Assembly (NCBI RefSeq): GCF_006345805.1
Contig: NC_043010.1
Location: 34,968,001 to 35,032,000 of the forward strand
Reading direction: 5' to 3'
From: Octopus sinensis
Taxonomy: Eukaryota
DNA length: 64,000 nt
This document shows, piece after piece, positions 1 to 12,679 of the stretch (position 1 is the first letter of the stretch; each line of letters starts with the position of its first letter). The position numbers and the translations under genes were made by a program. A model generated the notes under the pieces. The model saw only the letters and a list, made by a program, of their open reading frames with translations, did not search any database and was not told where the DNA came from.

Positions 1-701
1 ACATGTGTGCGCATGAATATAGACACACAGACCTGCCCCTACAGAAGTCTGATAGCACTGAATAAATATCTTTTACCAAGGTGTTTACTAAAAGACTTGG
101 CAATCAACCTTGCAACCTGAGACTTGCCTTATCCCAGCAAGATAGAGACTGGTTGGTCTGTTAATAAATAATCCATTCATACACACACACTCTCACGCAC
201 ACACACACACATACATATATATATAAATACACATACACACGTTGCGAAATCACCATTAATCTATAAGTACAGCGGCACTGAGTGAAGTAAGGAAAGAAAT
301 TTTTTAAAAAAAGGAAATAACACACACACACACACACACACACATACATACACAGACATGCACAGAATTTATTTATATATTTTATGATTTTACTGCACTC
401 TAACAATGTTCATAAATTGCCTGTCAATAAAATAATTAAAAAATATCTCACTATGTTTATAGTGTTTTTTTTTTATCTTTTGGTAAGGAGAGAAGGCAAT
501 GTTCATGATTCTTTATAGGGGCTTCCATAAATGATGGGAGGAAGGAACATATCCTCAAAACAGAAGCCTAACTTAGGTACTTGCATTAGGGACACTGTAA
601 TAAAAATGCACCAAATATGTCAAGTGATGCTGTTAAATCAGACAATGGGTTAAGTCTACCACTGAAATAGGCCATATATATATATATATATATATATATA
701 G

Positions 702-734
<33 letters not shown>

Positions 735-751
735 ATATAATATATATATAT

Positions 752-1066
752 GAAAATTTGTTGTTGAAAATGCACCTGAATTGTTTTTAAATAAATCTAT
801 TTACATATATACCAAACTAGTTCCACCAATATTTTTTGCTTATCAATGGTAAAAATTCAAAATTGTGAAGTAGAAAAACATGTTTAAAAGATTCAATGTT
901 TACAAGATTGAATAATATCAAATATGATTTAAATGTTCACAACAGTCAAAAATATAAAAAATGTGATTCACCTAAGGTTCAGTCATACTGTATGTATGTA
1001 AATAAATTTATTTAAAAACAATTACAAGATTTTCAAATACAAGTTCATTTTCAACACCAAATTTTC
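752..1066. mobile_element. MITE-like fold-back element with ~55-65 bp imperfect terminal inverted repeats
   Basis: gaaaatttgttgttgaaaatgcacctg..aattgtttttaaataaatctattta (752-~802) matches the reverse complement of taaataaatttatttaaaaacaatt...gttcattttcaacaccaaattttc (~1000-1066), with one ~12 bp indel. Confidence 0.6.
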
Positions 1067-1105
1067 CTGTATTTTTCCTATGTGGAATTACAGCCCTTCT
1101 TTTGT

Positions 1106-1139
<34 letters not shown>

Positions 1140-1140
1140 A

Positions 1141-1184
<44 letters not shown>

Positions 1185-1403
1185 GTATGAGAGAGAGAGA
1201 GGGGGCATGAGAGAGAGAGAAGAGATTATTCTTTTACAAGACAGTAACTTTGGACACTCTTGAAGTTTCTGCTTGCTTAGCCTACATTGAGCTGAACTTC
1301 GAAGTTACTGTCAACACTATACTTGCAAAAGAATAATAAATATGTACTCTACAAAAAAGCATTGCGTTTGATATAAAATTGTTTTTATTATAACTCAACA
1401 TAA

Positions 1404-1471
<68 letters not shown>

Positions 1472-1505
1472 GCTTGTACCATAGCTGTTCTGCTTGTATC
1501 ATAGC

Positions 1506-1937
1506 CAGGGCCAGATTTACATATGGTCCAGTATGGGCCATCAGTTAGGGGCTCCAAAACTTGGTTGGGGGATAGCCTTAAACTCAGAGAAGCCTAAAGA
1601 TTGGAGTTAAAAATTTATATATACATAATCAAATAAACACTTTGAAATTTTCTTTTACCTGTTTAATATTTTTGTTTATCTATTAGAGCTCTTTAAAAAT
1701 CATTGAACTCTATTTTGATTTATTGAAACCTTTTACATTTAAAAAGTCATTTAATTTATCTGAGTCTCTCTGAATTTACTAAAAACCCATTTAGTTTGGG
1801 GGCCCTCTTTAAACTGTTTTGGGCCTCTAGATTTAATGAGTCCTTTATTATCTTATGATTTTTTTTTTGAATTAGCAAAACCATAGGGACCAAAACCTAT
1901 TGGTTTAGGGACCCTGCTAGGTCTAAACTCAGCTCTG
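1506..1937. mobile_element. Non-autonomous DNA transposon (hAT- or Harbinger-like MITE)
   Basis: Left end cagggccagattta; right-end reverse complement cagagctgagttta. Flanks atcatagc / gtcacagt resemble a decayed 8-bp TSD, but they also match the host minisatellite unit. Confidence 0.5.
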
Positions 1938-1939
1938 GT

Positions 1940-2360
1940 CACAGTTAGTTGTTATTGTGCATGTGCCATTGTTGTGCATGAGTAATAATTGTCATGCATG
2001 TGTAATAGTTGTTGTGTATGTGTCATAGCTGTGCACATGTCATAGTTGTTGTTATGCATGTGTCAATTGTAATTGTGCATGAGTCACAGATGTTGTGTAT
2101 ATATCATAGATATAATTGTATGTTAAAGTTGTTGTGCATGTATGTTTAAGATGTTATGCATATGTATTTCATACCTGTGTATGTGTCATAGATGTTGTGT
2201 ATGTATCATAAATCATGTTGAATATATCTCATAGACCTTGTATATACATCACAGTGGTTTTGTGCATGTGTCATGTATATAAAGTTGTTCTATACATATT
2301 GCATATCTCAATTATTGTTGCATGTTATAGTTGTTATATATTTCATAATTGTAGTATTAG
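1940..2360. repeat. Degenerate ~20-bp minisatellite (gtgtcatagttgttgtgcat-like)
   Basis: Repeated variants of tcatagttgttgtgcatgtg; the same unit also lies left of the 1506 insertion (1470-1505). Confidence 0.7.
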
Positions 2361-2840
2361 CTGCTGTGTCTGCTCTAACACAAAAGTTTTGTAAAAATGA
2401 TACATGATGGAGTTGTGTGGCACTGGAAAGGTATAGAAATAAAAGACAGTGCAAAGGAGAAAAGGGTGAGTAAGCTTATCTCTTCATCATACTTTTACAC
2501 TGTAACAGCTGGTGAAGCAGGCAAGAATGAAAGACGGTTAGAGTGAATGGATCTGCTCTAAGAGTGCCTCTGTAGCTTGGAGAATAACAGTAGGACAAGG
2601 GCTCGTGCCTTTGGTGGTTAGAGTAATCCTGAGTCAGTAAGGTTTCTTGATTGGCCCTAATCAGGAGGACTGCATCATCCATGTGTTCACAAATTTTGTA
2701 TACTATGTATACTTTTATTTTATTTCACCATCTTTTCCTTCATCTTTAATGTAAACTCTCGTTCAAATTGCATGCTGCCCTTGTGGTATCCCCCACATCT
2801 ATGCCCCTGTGGCAAATAAAAGAAATCCTCTTACTCCTTT

Positions 2841-2872
<32 letters not shown>

Positions 2873-2875
<3 letters not shown>

Positions 2876-3350
2876 GGCAGAATTGTTAACACACCGGGTG
2901 AAATGCTTAGTGATATTTCACCTGTCGCTATGCTCTGAGTTCAATTTCTGCCGAGGTTGGCTTTGCCTTTCATCTTTCAGGGTTGATAAATTTAATACCT
3001 ATTTCTTTACTACCCACAAGGGGCTAAACATAGAGGGGACAAACAAGGACAGACACACGGATTAAGTCGATTATATCGACCCCAGTGCGTAACTGGTACT
3101 TATTTAATCAACCTCAAAAGGATGAAAGGCAAAGTCGACCTCGGCGGAATTTGAACTCAGAACGTAATGGCAGACGAAATACGGCTATGCATTTCGCCCG
3201 GCGTGCCAACTTTTCTGCCAGTTCGCCGCCTTTATTTAAATTTATTACTGATAAATTTAATACCAGTCACGCACTAGGCTTGATGTAATCAACTTACCCC
3301 CTCCCTTCCAAATTTCAAGCCTTGTACCTATAGTAGAAAGGATTATTATT
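2873..3350 (+). mobile_element. Old SINE family C copy, interrupted by a younger antisense copy
   Basis: ggcagaattgttaacacaccgggtgaaatgcttag...ctttgcctttcatc; the sequence resumes after 3264 with agtcacgcactaggcttgatgtaatc. Confidence 0.8.
3000..3231 (-). mobile_element. Young full-length tRNA-derived SINE family C (Meta-domain-like core)
   Basis: tRNA-like head with B-box-like gagttcaaattcc and core gtcgactttgcctttcatcc...gtacc. 16-bp TSD tgataaatttaatacc at 2984-2999 and 3249-3264. Meta-domain assignment is from memory. Confidence 0.85.
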
Positions 3351-4734
3351 ATTATTATTATTATTATTATTTGGATGTGAACCAGTTTGAGTAATTAAAC
3401 CATTAACCTTTACTGTGTTTGCTATTGTGAAATGTCAAGCAGATGTGAAAAGAAAGCATCTTTGAAAAATCTGTCATGGCTAACAATTGGATTCTTCAGG
3501 AGGAAATTTCTAGCAAGAATGGAACAGAAGATGTTTGCTTGTTTTAGCTTTAATTCCAAAGATGATAATTTAAAAGCAAGATTCATCATCATCATCACCA
3601 CCACCACCATCATCATCTGTTGTTGTCATCACTATCTCATCATCCTCTGTTGTCATCATATCATCATGCCTGGCATCACCGTCATTGCAATCATTCACTG
3701 TTGCTATTGTTGCTATGCTTGTCACTGGCATTCTTGTCACTGATATTCTCAACCCCGCCGCTATTTTTACCACATCAACATAATTATCTTCATCACAACC
3801 AGAGGTGTGTGAAAAAAAAAAGCAGGAAGATGTTTGCATTACATTTAATTCCACAGTACACCATACACACACAGAACACAAGTATAGACACACATGCATA
3901 CAAACAAACATCCAAATAAACACACTGGTTCCTGGCATCTAGTGACACCTGTTACAATGTCTGATTCATATCCGAACAGAAACAAAAAAAACACAGGTGT
4001 ATCTGGTGGTGGTGAAAATCTTGCATAAAATTATTATACAATATCAGAAAAAAAATAACTTCTAACAGAGGCTCAAGGGGATCAGATTTGAATGAAGGAA
4101 ACAACCAATTGAATCAAAGCAAGTACTTGACTGATACTTTATTTCATTAATTGCAGCTGGCTGAGAGACACTGTCAATTTCGGCAGGATTTAAACTGAAA
4201 AATGTAAAGAAATATAACTAAAGACCGTAATGCTGAATATTTTAAGTCAAATTCATAAATTCAAGGGGGTTGACTATAGTTGACTGCATCAATCCCAACC
4301 CATTCTTGCATTTATTTTATTAACTCAGTAGAGATCAATGGTAAAGTCAACTGCAGTAGGATTTGAGCTGAGGAAAGGAAGGAAAAACTAAATACTGCAA
4401 ACTTAACATGCTAACTTTTTTCCTATCATCAACCTTCAATAATATTACTGATGGTGGTGGTGGTGAGGAGAATTCTCTCCCCAGACACAAGGCTGAGAAT
4501 AATTATAGTCACAGTATATTACAGCTACATAATTTATCAAATCCAGAAAAATAAAAGAACATAAAAGGAAAAAAAAAAATTAATAACAGAATTTGATCTG
4601 ACGCCATAGAGAGAAAGAAGTAAATACCAGTAACATTTAGTCTGGATCATTTACCAACTGAACTATTGTGAACATCCTGATAATCCTGAAATTTGTTTTT
4701 CTTATTTAAGTATTACATTTAAAAGAGGGAAAGT

Positions 4735-5040
4735 CATCATCATCATCGTTTAATGTCTACTTTCCATGCTAGCTTGGGTTGGACGAATTGACTGAAGACT
4801 GGCAAACCAGATGGCTGCGCCAGGCTCCAATCTGATCTGGCAGAGTTTCTACAGTTGGATGCCCTTCCTAATGCCAACCACTCTGAGAGTGTAGTGGGTG
4901 CTTTTAAAGTGCCACTGGCATGAGGGCCAGTCTGCCGGTACTGACAATGGCCACGCTCGAAAATGGTGTTTTTTACATGACACCTGCACAGGAGTCAGTC
5001 CAGCAGCACTGGCAACAACCTCACTCGAAACTCACACATA
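4735..5040 (-). mobile_element. RTE-type LINE 3' UTR fragment (family D) with (GAT)n tail
   Basis: catcatcatcgtttaatgtc...ttggatgcccttcctaatgccaaccac; near-identical to 61100-61420, which is attached to RT coding sequence. Confidence 0.8.
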
Positions 5041-5644
5041 CTTTTGTTAAGACTGTATCCAGTTCCCATACTGCATTTTCTATATTTTTCAAAAATTTCA
5101 TTTATTTGATATTATTAGAGTTACCACCCTTGCTTATTTTAAGCAAGCCTAGAGGGAGTTTTTTTTCTACTATTTGCTTGGATAATCTCAGTTAAAGTGT
5201 TTCAAGACATCTCAGTACTTGTATTTAATATACAGAAAATTCACCTGAAGTATTTTCCCTTAGCCCTATTATTGACATATTTTTGTCAATACCATCTCTA
5301 TTTTGCAATACCCAAATGCTCATAAATGCTTTATATGTGGGAGAGAATATATAACATAGTAACCCTTTTGATACAAACCCTGCTGTAACTGTTCTTGTTT
5401 CTAAAAAAACTGAATCATTCTCTTTAAAGTACTATTCCTACCACTTATGCAAGAACCTTTCAAGTTATGTTCCATACACTAGCTTAACAATGGATAAGAG
5501 GATTAGTCACTAAATACTCAAATTCTTGATTTAAAAATAAACTGAAACATGCATACAGTAAATGTCATTAAAGATATGATTACAGAAGGATTAAAACTTA
5601 CAATTACATACACTGAACATATTTTTCTTTAATAAGATGCTAAG

Positions 5645-5815
5645 AGGGCGCAGGCATGCCTGTGTGGTAAGAAATTTTTTTTCCAATCACATGGTTTCAG
5701 GTTCAGTTTCACAGCGTGGCATATTGAGCAAATGTTTTCTCCAATAATCTTAGGCCAACCACAGCTTTGTGAATAGATTTGATAGGTGAGAACTGAAAGA
5801 AGCCCATCATATATA

Positions 5816-5849
<34 letters not shown>

Positions 5850-5947
5850 TGTGCTTGTCCCCCACCACTGCTTGACAATTGGTGTTGGTGTGTTTACATC
5901 TCCATAACATTTTGGCAAAAGAAACTGATAGAATAAGCACCAGACTA

Positions 5948-5992
<45 letters not shown>

Positions 5993-6090
5993 TACTGGAG
6001 TCGATCATTTGACCAAAAATTCTTCAAGGTGGTGCCCCAGCATGGACGTAGTCTAATGACTGAAACAAGTAAAAGATAAAAAGATAAGAA
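5645..6090 (+). mobile_element. SINE family A (tRNA-like head, central (TG)n, tail gactgaaacaagtaaaag)
   Basis: Homologous to many dispersed copies; internal (GT)n and (AAT)n expansions. Confidence 0.85.
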
Positions 6091-7012
6091 GGAAGAGGAA
6101 CCGTACTCATAATCGCTGCGAAAACCACTTGGAGATTAATGAGTCTGATACAGCTGATGTCCACTTTGAATGTCTGCAGCAAGTCAATGACCACAGGAAA
6201 AACGTAGGTGGAGAGAGAATGGTAGAGAATTGTTTGGCCTGAATGCCTACAACAGAATGACCTCTGCTAAAGGGCATACAGGGACCAAGCAGTGGTTTGT
6301 TGTGGTTTGAAACTACACTTCCACCGCCCACTAGTGTGTCTTTCTAAACATCAGCAAATATTCCTATCATGTAACACATATAACAGTTGCACAATAATTT
6401 ATGTATTACATTCTCACCATGTCAATTATAAGGAGAAAAGCAGTTGTTTCTACTCTGTAATTACCACCTTCTTAATATAACATTCCCTCCCCCACTTCTC
6501 AGTTAATAATCACTGTAATTAACAATGCAATAACCATAACTTGTTAACAAATGCAATCTAGTAAAGAGACACATACGTAGAGAAAGAGAGAGGCAAACAA
6601 ACAGAGCAAGAAACACATGCGTACACACACATATCACAGTGACAGACACAATGCAGAGAGACAGAGAAAAAGAGAGCATGAGAAAGACATGTAGAAAGAC
6701 AGACAGACACAGACAAAGGGATAGTATGTAATAAAAAACATTTAACTCTACCAATGTTGGCTTGCAGGTCCATATGTAGACACCAAAGATACTCTTTGAA
6801 AATTTGTCATGATAAAGTAGTGACCTGTCCACAAGAAGATTTACCACTGATCTTAACAAGTGCAGTCGAGATGGTTTAAACCTCTCAGTTGCAATGTCTT
6901 AATATTTCAGTTGGAGAATTAAAAAAAAAGGGGAATAAAAACTTGAAGGAAATAGAAAAAAACATGGTTTTCTAGCACAAACTTATCTGAAGACCCAATC
7001 TTCAGCAACACA

Positions 7013-7402
7013 GGAAGGAAGGAAGCACTCCGTCGGTCACGACGATGAGGGTTCCGGTTGATCCGATCAACGGAACAGCCTGCTCGTGAAATTAACGTGT
7101 AAGTGGCTGAACACTCCACAGACACGTGTACCTTTAACACAGTTCTCGGGGATATTCAGCGTGACACAGAGAGTGACAAGGCCGGCCCTTTGAAATACAG
7201 GTACAACAGAAACAGGAAGTAAGAGTAAGAGGAAGTTGTGGTGAAAGAGTATAGCAGGGATCACCACCATCCCTGCCGGAGCCTCGTGGAGCTTTAGGTG
7301 TTTTCGCTCAATAAACACTCACAACGCCCGGTCTGGGAATTGAAACCGCGATCCTACGACCGCGAGTCCGCTGCCCTAACCACTGGGCCATTGCACCTCC
7401 AC
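7013..7402 (-). mobile_element. Full-length SINE family B (tRNA-Arg-like head, (TTCC)n tail)
   Basis: Reverse complement of the 42234-42622 and 62491-62877 copies; 11-bp TSD tcagcaacaca at 7002-7012 and 7403-7413. Confidence 0.9.
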
Positions 7403-7643
7403 TCAGCAACACAACAATATCAGTAGTAATGGTTTCAAATTTTGGCACAAAGCCAGAAATTTTAAGGGATTATATCAATCTCAGTGGTCAATTGGTACTT
7501 ATTCTCTCAACCCTGGAAGGATACAAGGTAAAGTCAACCTTGATGGAATTTGAACCCAGAATGTAAAGCAGGAAGACATGCTAAGCATTTTGTCTGCTTT
7601 GCTAAAGATTCTGCCAGCTCACCACTCTAACAATGTTGTTGTT

Positions 7644-7677
<34 letters not shown>

Positions 7678-7970
7678 GAAGGAAGGAAGGAAAGCAGTGT
7701 GTGTGACTTTAAACTGCATCTGGTAGGGGATCCTTGTGCAAGAGTTCCAAGGTTTTGAGGAATAATCAGGAAAGTATTAGCTGAAAAGAATGAATAGCAT
7801 GGTACCGTAGGCTGCAGGTAGTAAGCCCACTATGCATGCCAGACTCCAGGAGCTAAAAAAAAAAAGCCTATGATAAAGAGAAAATAATAATGATAACAGA
7901 GAAATATCAGTAGCAAGAAAGCTGAAGAGACCAATTGTCACAGGAATAATTGCTGTTTTGGTCTTCTGTT

Positions 7971-8203
7971 GAAGACCGAAACAGCAATTATTCCTGTGAC
8001 AATTGGTACATTTGGTGCACTTGGCACTCTGAAAGACTGAAAGATTGGAATTGAAACTTGCATTGTTGACCTGCAGAAAAGTACCATCCTATATTCTGCA
8101 AGAATCCCAAGGAAGATTTTTGAGATATGAGCAGACTTGTCACCAAACCTCAAAATAAAATTCCTGATAATTGAATTAGCATGTACTAGCTTAATAATAA
8201 TAA
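7971..8203 (+). mobile_element. 5'-truncated non-LTR retrotransposon, R4/Dong-like (restriction-like endonuclease C-terminus)
   Basis: Translates KTETAIIPVTIGTFGALGTLKD*KIGIETCIVDLQKSTILYSARIPRKIFEI*, like the PVVIGALG...LQKTALLGTARILRKVL C-terminus of RLE-type LINEs; followed by a short UTR and (AAT)n tail. Confidence 0.75.
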
Positions 8204-9594
8204 TGGTTTCTAGTAAAAGTACAAGGTCTGAAATTTGGGGAAGTGGTTAGTTGATTACACCAACCCCAATACTTGACTAATATTTATCTTGTCAATGCTG
8301 AAAGGATGAAAGGCAAAGTTGACCTCAACAAGATTTGAACTAAGATCAAATACCACAAAGCATTTTTCCTGCTGCTCTCAGGATTCAGTCGATCTGCCAC
8401 CTTAATAATAATGATAATATTAATGATAAGGGTTTCTGATTTAGGTACAAGGTCAGTAGTGTTAAGGGGACGATTGATACATGACTGGTACTATATTTTA
8501 TTGACTGTGGAGGGATCAAAGGCGAAGTTGGCCATGACATGATTTGAGCTCAGAATGTAAAGAGCTAAAACAAATATCACAAAACATTTTCTCAGTTACC
8601 TTAAGCAAAATAAGCATGTGCTTAGGGCATTAAGGGAAGGTGAGCACCATGGAAATAGTAAATAGCAGACAGCATAAAAGAAATCACTTTAAACTTGCTA
8701 AAATAATATTCAAAATGATTTACATGCTTGGAAATATAATTGCGAAGTGTAAGGATCTGATTAAGGACTTTGCAATTAAAAAAAGTAGGAGAAAAATTTT
8801 CAAATATAAATAAAGTGGATGCATTCAAAAATAAACAATATTTTCCATCTTACTGTTAGTTTTGTTTCATTTTAAAAAGTAAACAGTTATTTATGGTTTA
8901 TTATTGTTTATATTTTGAACTACATGTATATGGGTGGGGCACCAAAATCTTTTAAATGCTTAGGACCTCTATGGGTTTTAATCCAGCCTTGCATTTTCTC
9001 CAACACTTTAAAAATTTTACCATTCCACCTCATTTCTATTCTTTTTTTCTTTCTTTTGTTTTATTTTGTAATAATCATTTATTCCAATTTTGAATTTATT
9101 TTGCCAGAATTTCCATCTGAAACTGTGTGTTGAAAACAATATTGCTATATTTGGGAAAAGTCATAATTGAGAAACCCTATAAACACACTAAGTGGTTGTT
9201 TGGCTATTATCCACTTGTCTTCAGACATGAGTGCATTTATAGTAATTATCAATTATGATTCTTTTCAGATGTACCATTTTTTACCTTTTACTTGTTTCAG
9301 TCATTGGACTGCAGCCATGCTGGAGCACCACTTGGAATAATTTTAGTCAAATAAACCAAGCTCTGAACTTATTTATTCTTTAAGTCTGGTATTTATTGTA
9401 CTGGTCTTTTTTCTGAGCTGCTAAGTTAATGAGGCATGAACAAAAAGACATCAGTTGTCAGTGGGGTGAGGTAAGACAGACACAAACACACACACACACA
9501 CACACATATTAATCTTAGCTGTCATGTTCAGTTATAATGAAAACAGTTGTACATTAATCTGATGGGTTACTCTATACTTTTGTCAAGAACAAAT

Positions 9595-9734
9595 TTATTA
9601 TTCTTAAACAAGGACATTATTGACAGTGACTTCAAAGTTTTGGCCATTTAAGCTATCATTAGACTGCCAACAATGGTTTAACAGGCCAAAACTTCAAAGT
9701 AACTGTCAATGATATTCTTGTTTAAGAATAATAA
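9595..9734. mobile_element. Palindromic Penelope-like module (~50-bp arms)
   Basis: ttattattcttaaacaaggacattattgacagtgacttcaaagttttggcc vs the right-arm reverse complement ttattattcttaaacaagaatatcattgacagttactttgaagttttggcc. Confidence 0.75.
9620..9670 (-). ncRNA. Degenerate minimal type I hammerhead ribozyme
   Basis: Minus strand: ttggcagt CTAATGA t agct taaat ggcc AAAA ctttgaa GTC actgtcaa. 8-bp helix I, near-palindromic helix III and a GUC site; core changes (CUGAUGA to CUAAUGA, GAAA to AAAA) are G-to-A transitions. Confidence 0.7.
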
Positions 9735-9755
9735 TAAATAAATAAATGTGTGTGT

Positions 9756-9788
<33 letters not shown>

Positions 9789-10485
9789 GCAGGCTCAGGC
9801 TTTCACACAAATTCTCTCATGGAGCATTGGTCGACCTGAGACAATAGTAGAAGACTCTTACCCAAGATGCCAGGCAGTGGAACTGAACCCAAGACTATAT
9901 GGTTGCAAAGCATGCTTCTTAAACACATTGCCATGCCTGTGCTTATATAGCAAAATTAATTCAAATTATTACAAAAACAATTTCTAACAGGCCCCAACAC
10001 AAAATCATTCCATTTAATAAACCTCAGTTTTTCACTGGTATAATACTCTATTGACTTCTGAAGGAGTAAAAAGCAAAGTCAGTCTCTGAATGATTTGAAA
10101 TCAAGACGTAGAGGGATGTAACAAAATATCACAAGGTATTCTACAAAACCAGATATTTTAGGGAAGATGGAGAAAAAACACAGTCGAGTAAATTACACCT
10201 GCCCCCTCCCCATCTCTTTTAGTATTTGACTGATATTCATTTAATCATCCTTCCTCTTCCCCTGGAATGATGAAAGATAAAAATTGATCTTGTCAGGATT
10301 TGGACTCAGAAATGTATAGCGATGTAAGTACTACAAAAGCATTCTACCAACATGCCACCTATACTTCAAATCTATTATTAATAGCAACAACAAGGATTTC
10401 TAATTTTGGCACAAGGCCACACATTTTGTGGTGGGGAAGAGGTACAATAATAACAATAATGATGATAATAACAATAATGATGATA

Positions 10486-10521
<36 letters not shown>

Positions 10522-11619
10522 TAATAATAATGATAATAATAATAATAATAATGGCAACCGCAACTTCCAGCTACACAAACTGTATCCCATTTCATTTAAG
10601 GAACACAACAGCAACAAGCTAGTAGAAAGAAGAGCAGCACCATGTTTACCATAATGTTCAAAACAGCAGCCCTTCACCAAAAAAAAAAAAAAATCCAAGC
10701 ATAACTCAATATTGTCTGACTTTCATGGCATTGTATGATTCCATTTTGGTTGTTCTTTCTGCAAAGCTGCTTATTTACTATATGACTAACCCCCTAATGT
10801 CCCTCTACATAATAATAGCTTGCTGTTTCTTAGATGTGTTTTCCTTTTTCTTCTTTTCTTTGATGTTACATAGCTCCATTTACACAACTTGCCACACAAT
10901 CTCTACAAATAGTGAGTAACACACAGATATATATATACATATCTGTATAACACTTGAGATGTACACACACACACACACACACATGTGTGTGTATGAGAAA
11001 GAAACATTTATTGACACAAAAATACAAGCAACTGAATGGTGGCACACAGGTTTCTCCCCTGCAAGAAATTTGTACACAATTATGGATGTATATATACAGA
11101 CACACACATAAATATATACACAAAAAATGTGCAAAGAATACATACACACCCCACACTACACACAAGTATATCACATATGCAAACACACATAAATATGTAT
11201 AATTATGTTTTCACATTTGAATTTTTGTATCTATGTGTGAATGAATGTATATGTATTATGTGAAATTCAAGTAAATTTATGTGACTAATGCATAAATGTA
11301 CACACACACACACAGATATGTTTATGTGTGATTATAAAACTTTTATTCAGGTTTGGAGTATGCATATATATGTTTATGTGTGTACAGTAGATTTCTATAC
11401 TGAAGCAGCTATTATTATAATTGAAACTCTGGAAATGAAACAAAACCAAAAGAATAAAATGGTATATAATAGATATGAATATTTACAAGTCAAAAATACA
11501 TCACAAAAATCTGGAGTGATTTTTTTTTTATCTGAAAACGAGTATAGAAGGATATAATGGATGGAAGTATTTGTATTGTGTATTCTAATATGGAGTCACC
11601 CTTACTTGGTACTGCAGTA

Positions 11620-12300
11620 CAACCATTATGCTAATAATACCATGTTTTTATCACCATTACTACAGTACAAGCATTACTATAGTACTCTCACTTATACCAC
11701 TATATTACCAGTAATATAGTACTATTATAATCACTGCAGTACTATCATAATTGCAGTGTCACCAGCAATGCAGTGCAGTTATCTTTCATTGCCATAACAC
11801 CATCAATACTGTAGTGCTGTACTCTTGCTGTACTAATAAGATTGTAGTATTATCACCAACCCTGCAGTATAATCATCAATGGTTTTACACCTTCATCATA
11901 GTATTACCTTTCACTATAGTACCAATATAACATCAGGAATGGGGTTACTGAAGTACCGCCAAGACTGCAATACCAGCATCACTAGAGTGACAACACTGCA
12001 GTATCACAATCAACATTAGTGCAATCCCGCAATCCCACTACCAGTAACTACAATGTAGTACAACTATCACTGGCATTTTTTCACCTTCATGATAGTACCA
12101 CTTTTCACTGTAGTATCAAAATAACAGCCAGAACAGTGGCTCTGAAGTATCACCAAGACTGCAATACCAGCATCGCAAGAGTGACAACACTGCAGTATCA
12201 CTATCCAGATTAGAGCAATACCACTATCACAGCCGTAATGGCCACATTGCAGTTGTACTATCACAGTAGCCACATCTTTGCAGTTCCACATCATTGTAGA
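11620..12300. repeat. Degenerate low-complexity repeat (cagta/act-rich) with a ~50-bp internal duplication
   Basis: ccaagactgcaataccagcatc..agagtgacaacactgcagtatcac occurs at ~11958 and ~12153. Confidence 0.6.
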
Positions 12301-12679
12301 GATAAAACTCTTGAAACATCATCATTAAATATGGCTAAAGCCATTGAGTGTGCAGTGGTTGATATTTTGTTGCAGATTCTATGAATGTGTCTCTAAATAC
12401 AAACATTTCATAATTAACAAATCCAGTCTCCCTAGTTAAGTTATAAACAGGTAATGCAGGATTGAAAATAATCTCAGCTCTGAGAAATGTATTCTAACAG
12501 GCAAACACTTTTGAATACTTTTATTAGTTTACAGTGTCTGAATTCATCCTCTCCTAAAGGTGGTTAGCCAGAAAAGATACTGGGTACTATGGGTCCTTAG
12601 ATGAGCTAGATCAATCACCTATTGATAAATAATCCTGATATTGAGATTCAGTTATAGGTAATAGATTCAAATGTCTGAT

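Larger units (their letters stand above)
9280..9945 (-). mobile_element. SINE family A interrupted at its central microsatellite by a Penelope-like module
   Basis: Tail at ~9285-9500 and head at ~9790-9945, with foreign sequence at ~9510-9740. Confidence 0.7.

Noticed and set aside
2476-2682. 68-aa minus-strand ORF in unique-looking sequence
   Set aside because: Only a faint resemblance to a CR1-type LINE C-terminus and no splice support; too weak to call.
7321-7402. tRNA-like sequences (also at 42240, 57330, 62495, 16740)
   Set aside because: These are SINE heads followed by SINE bodies, tails and TSDs; there is no complete cloverleaf.
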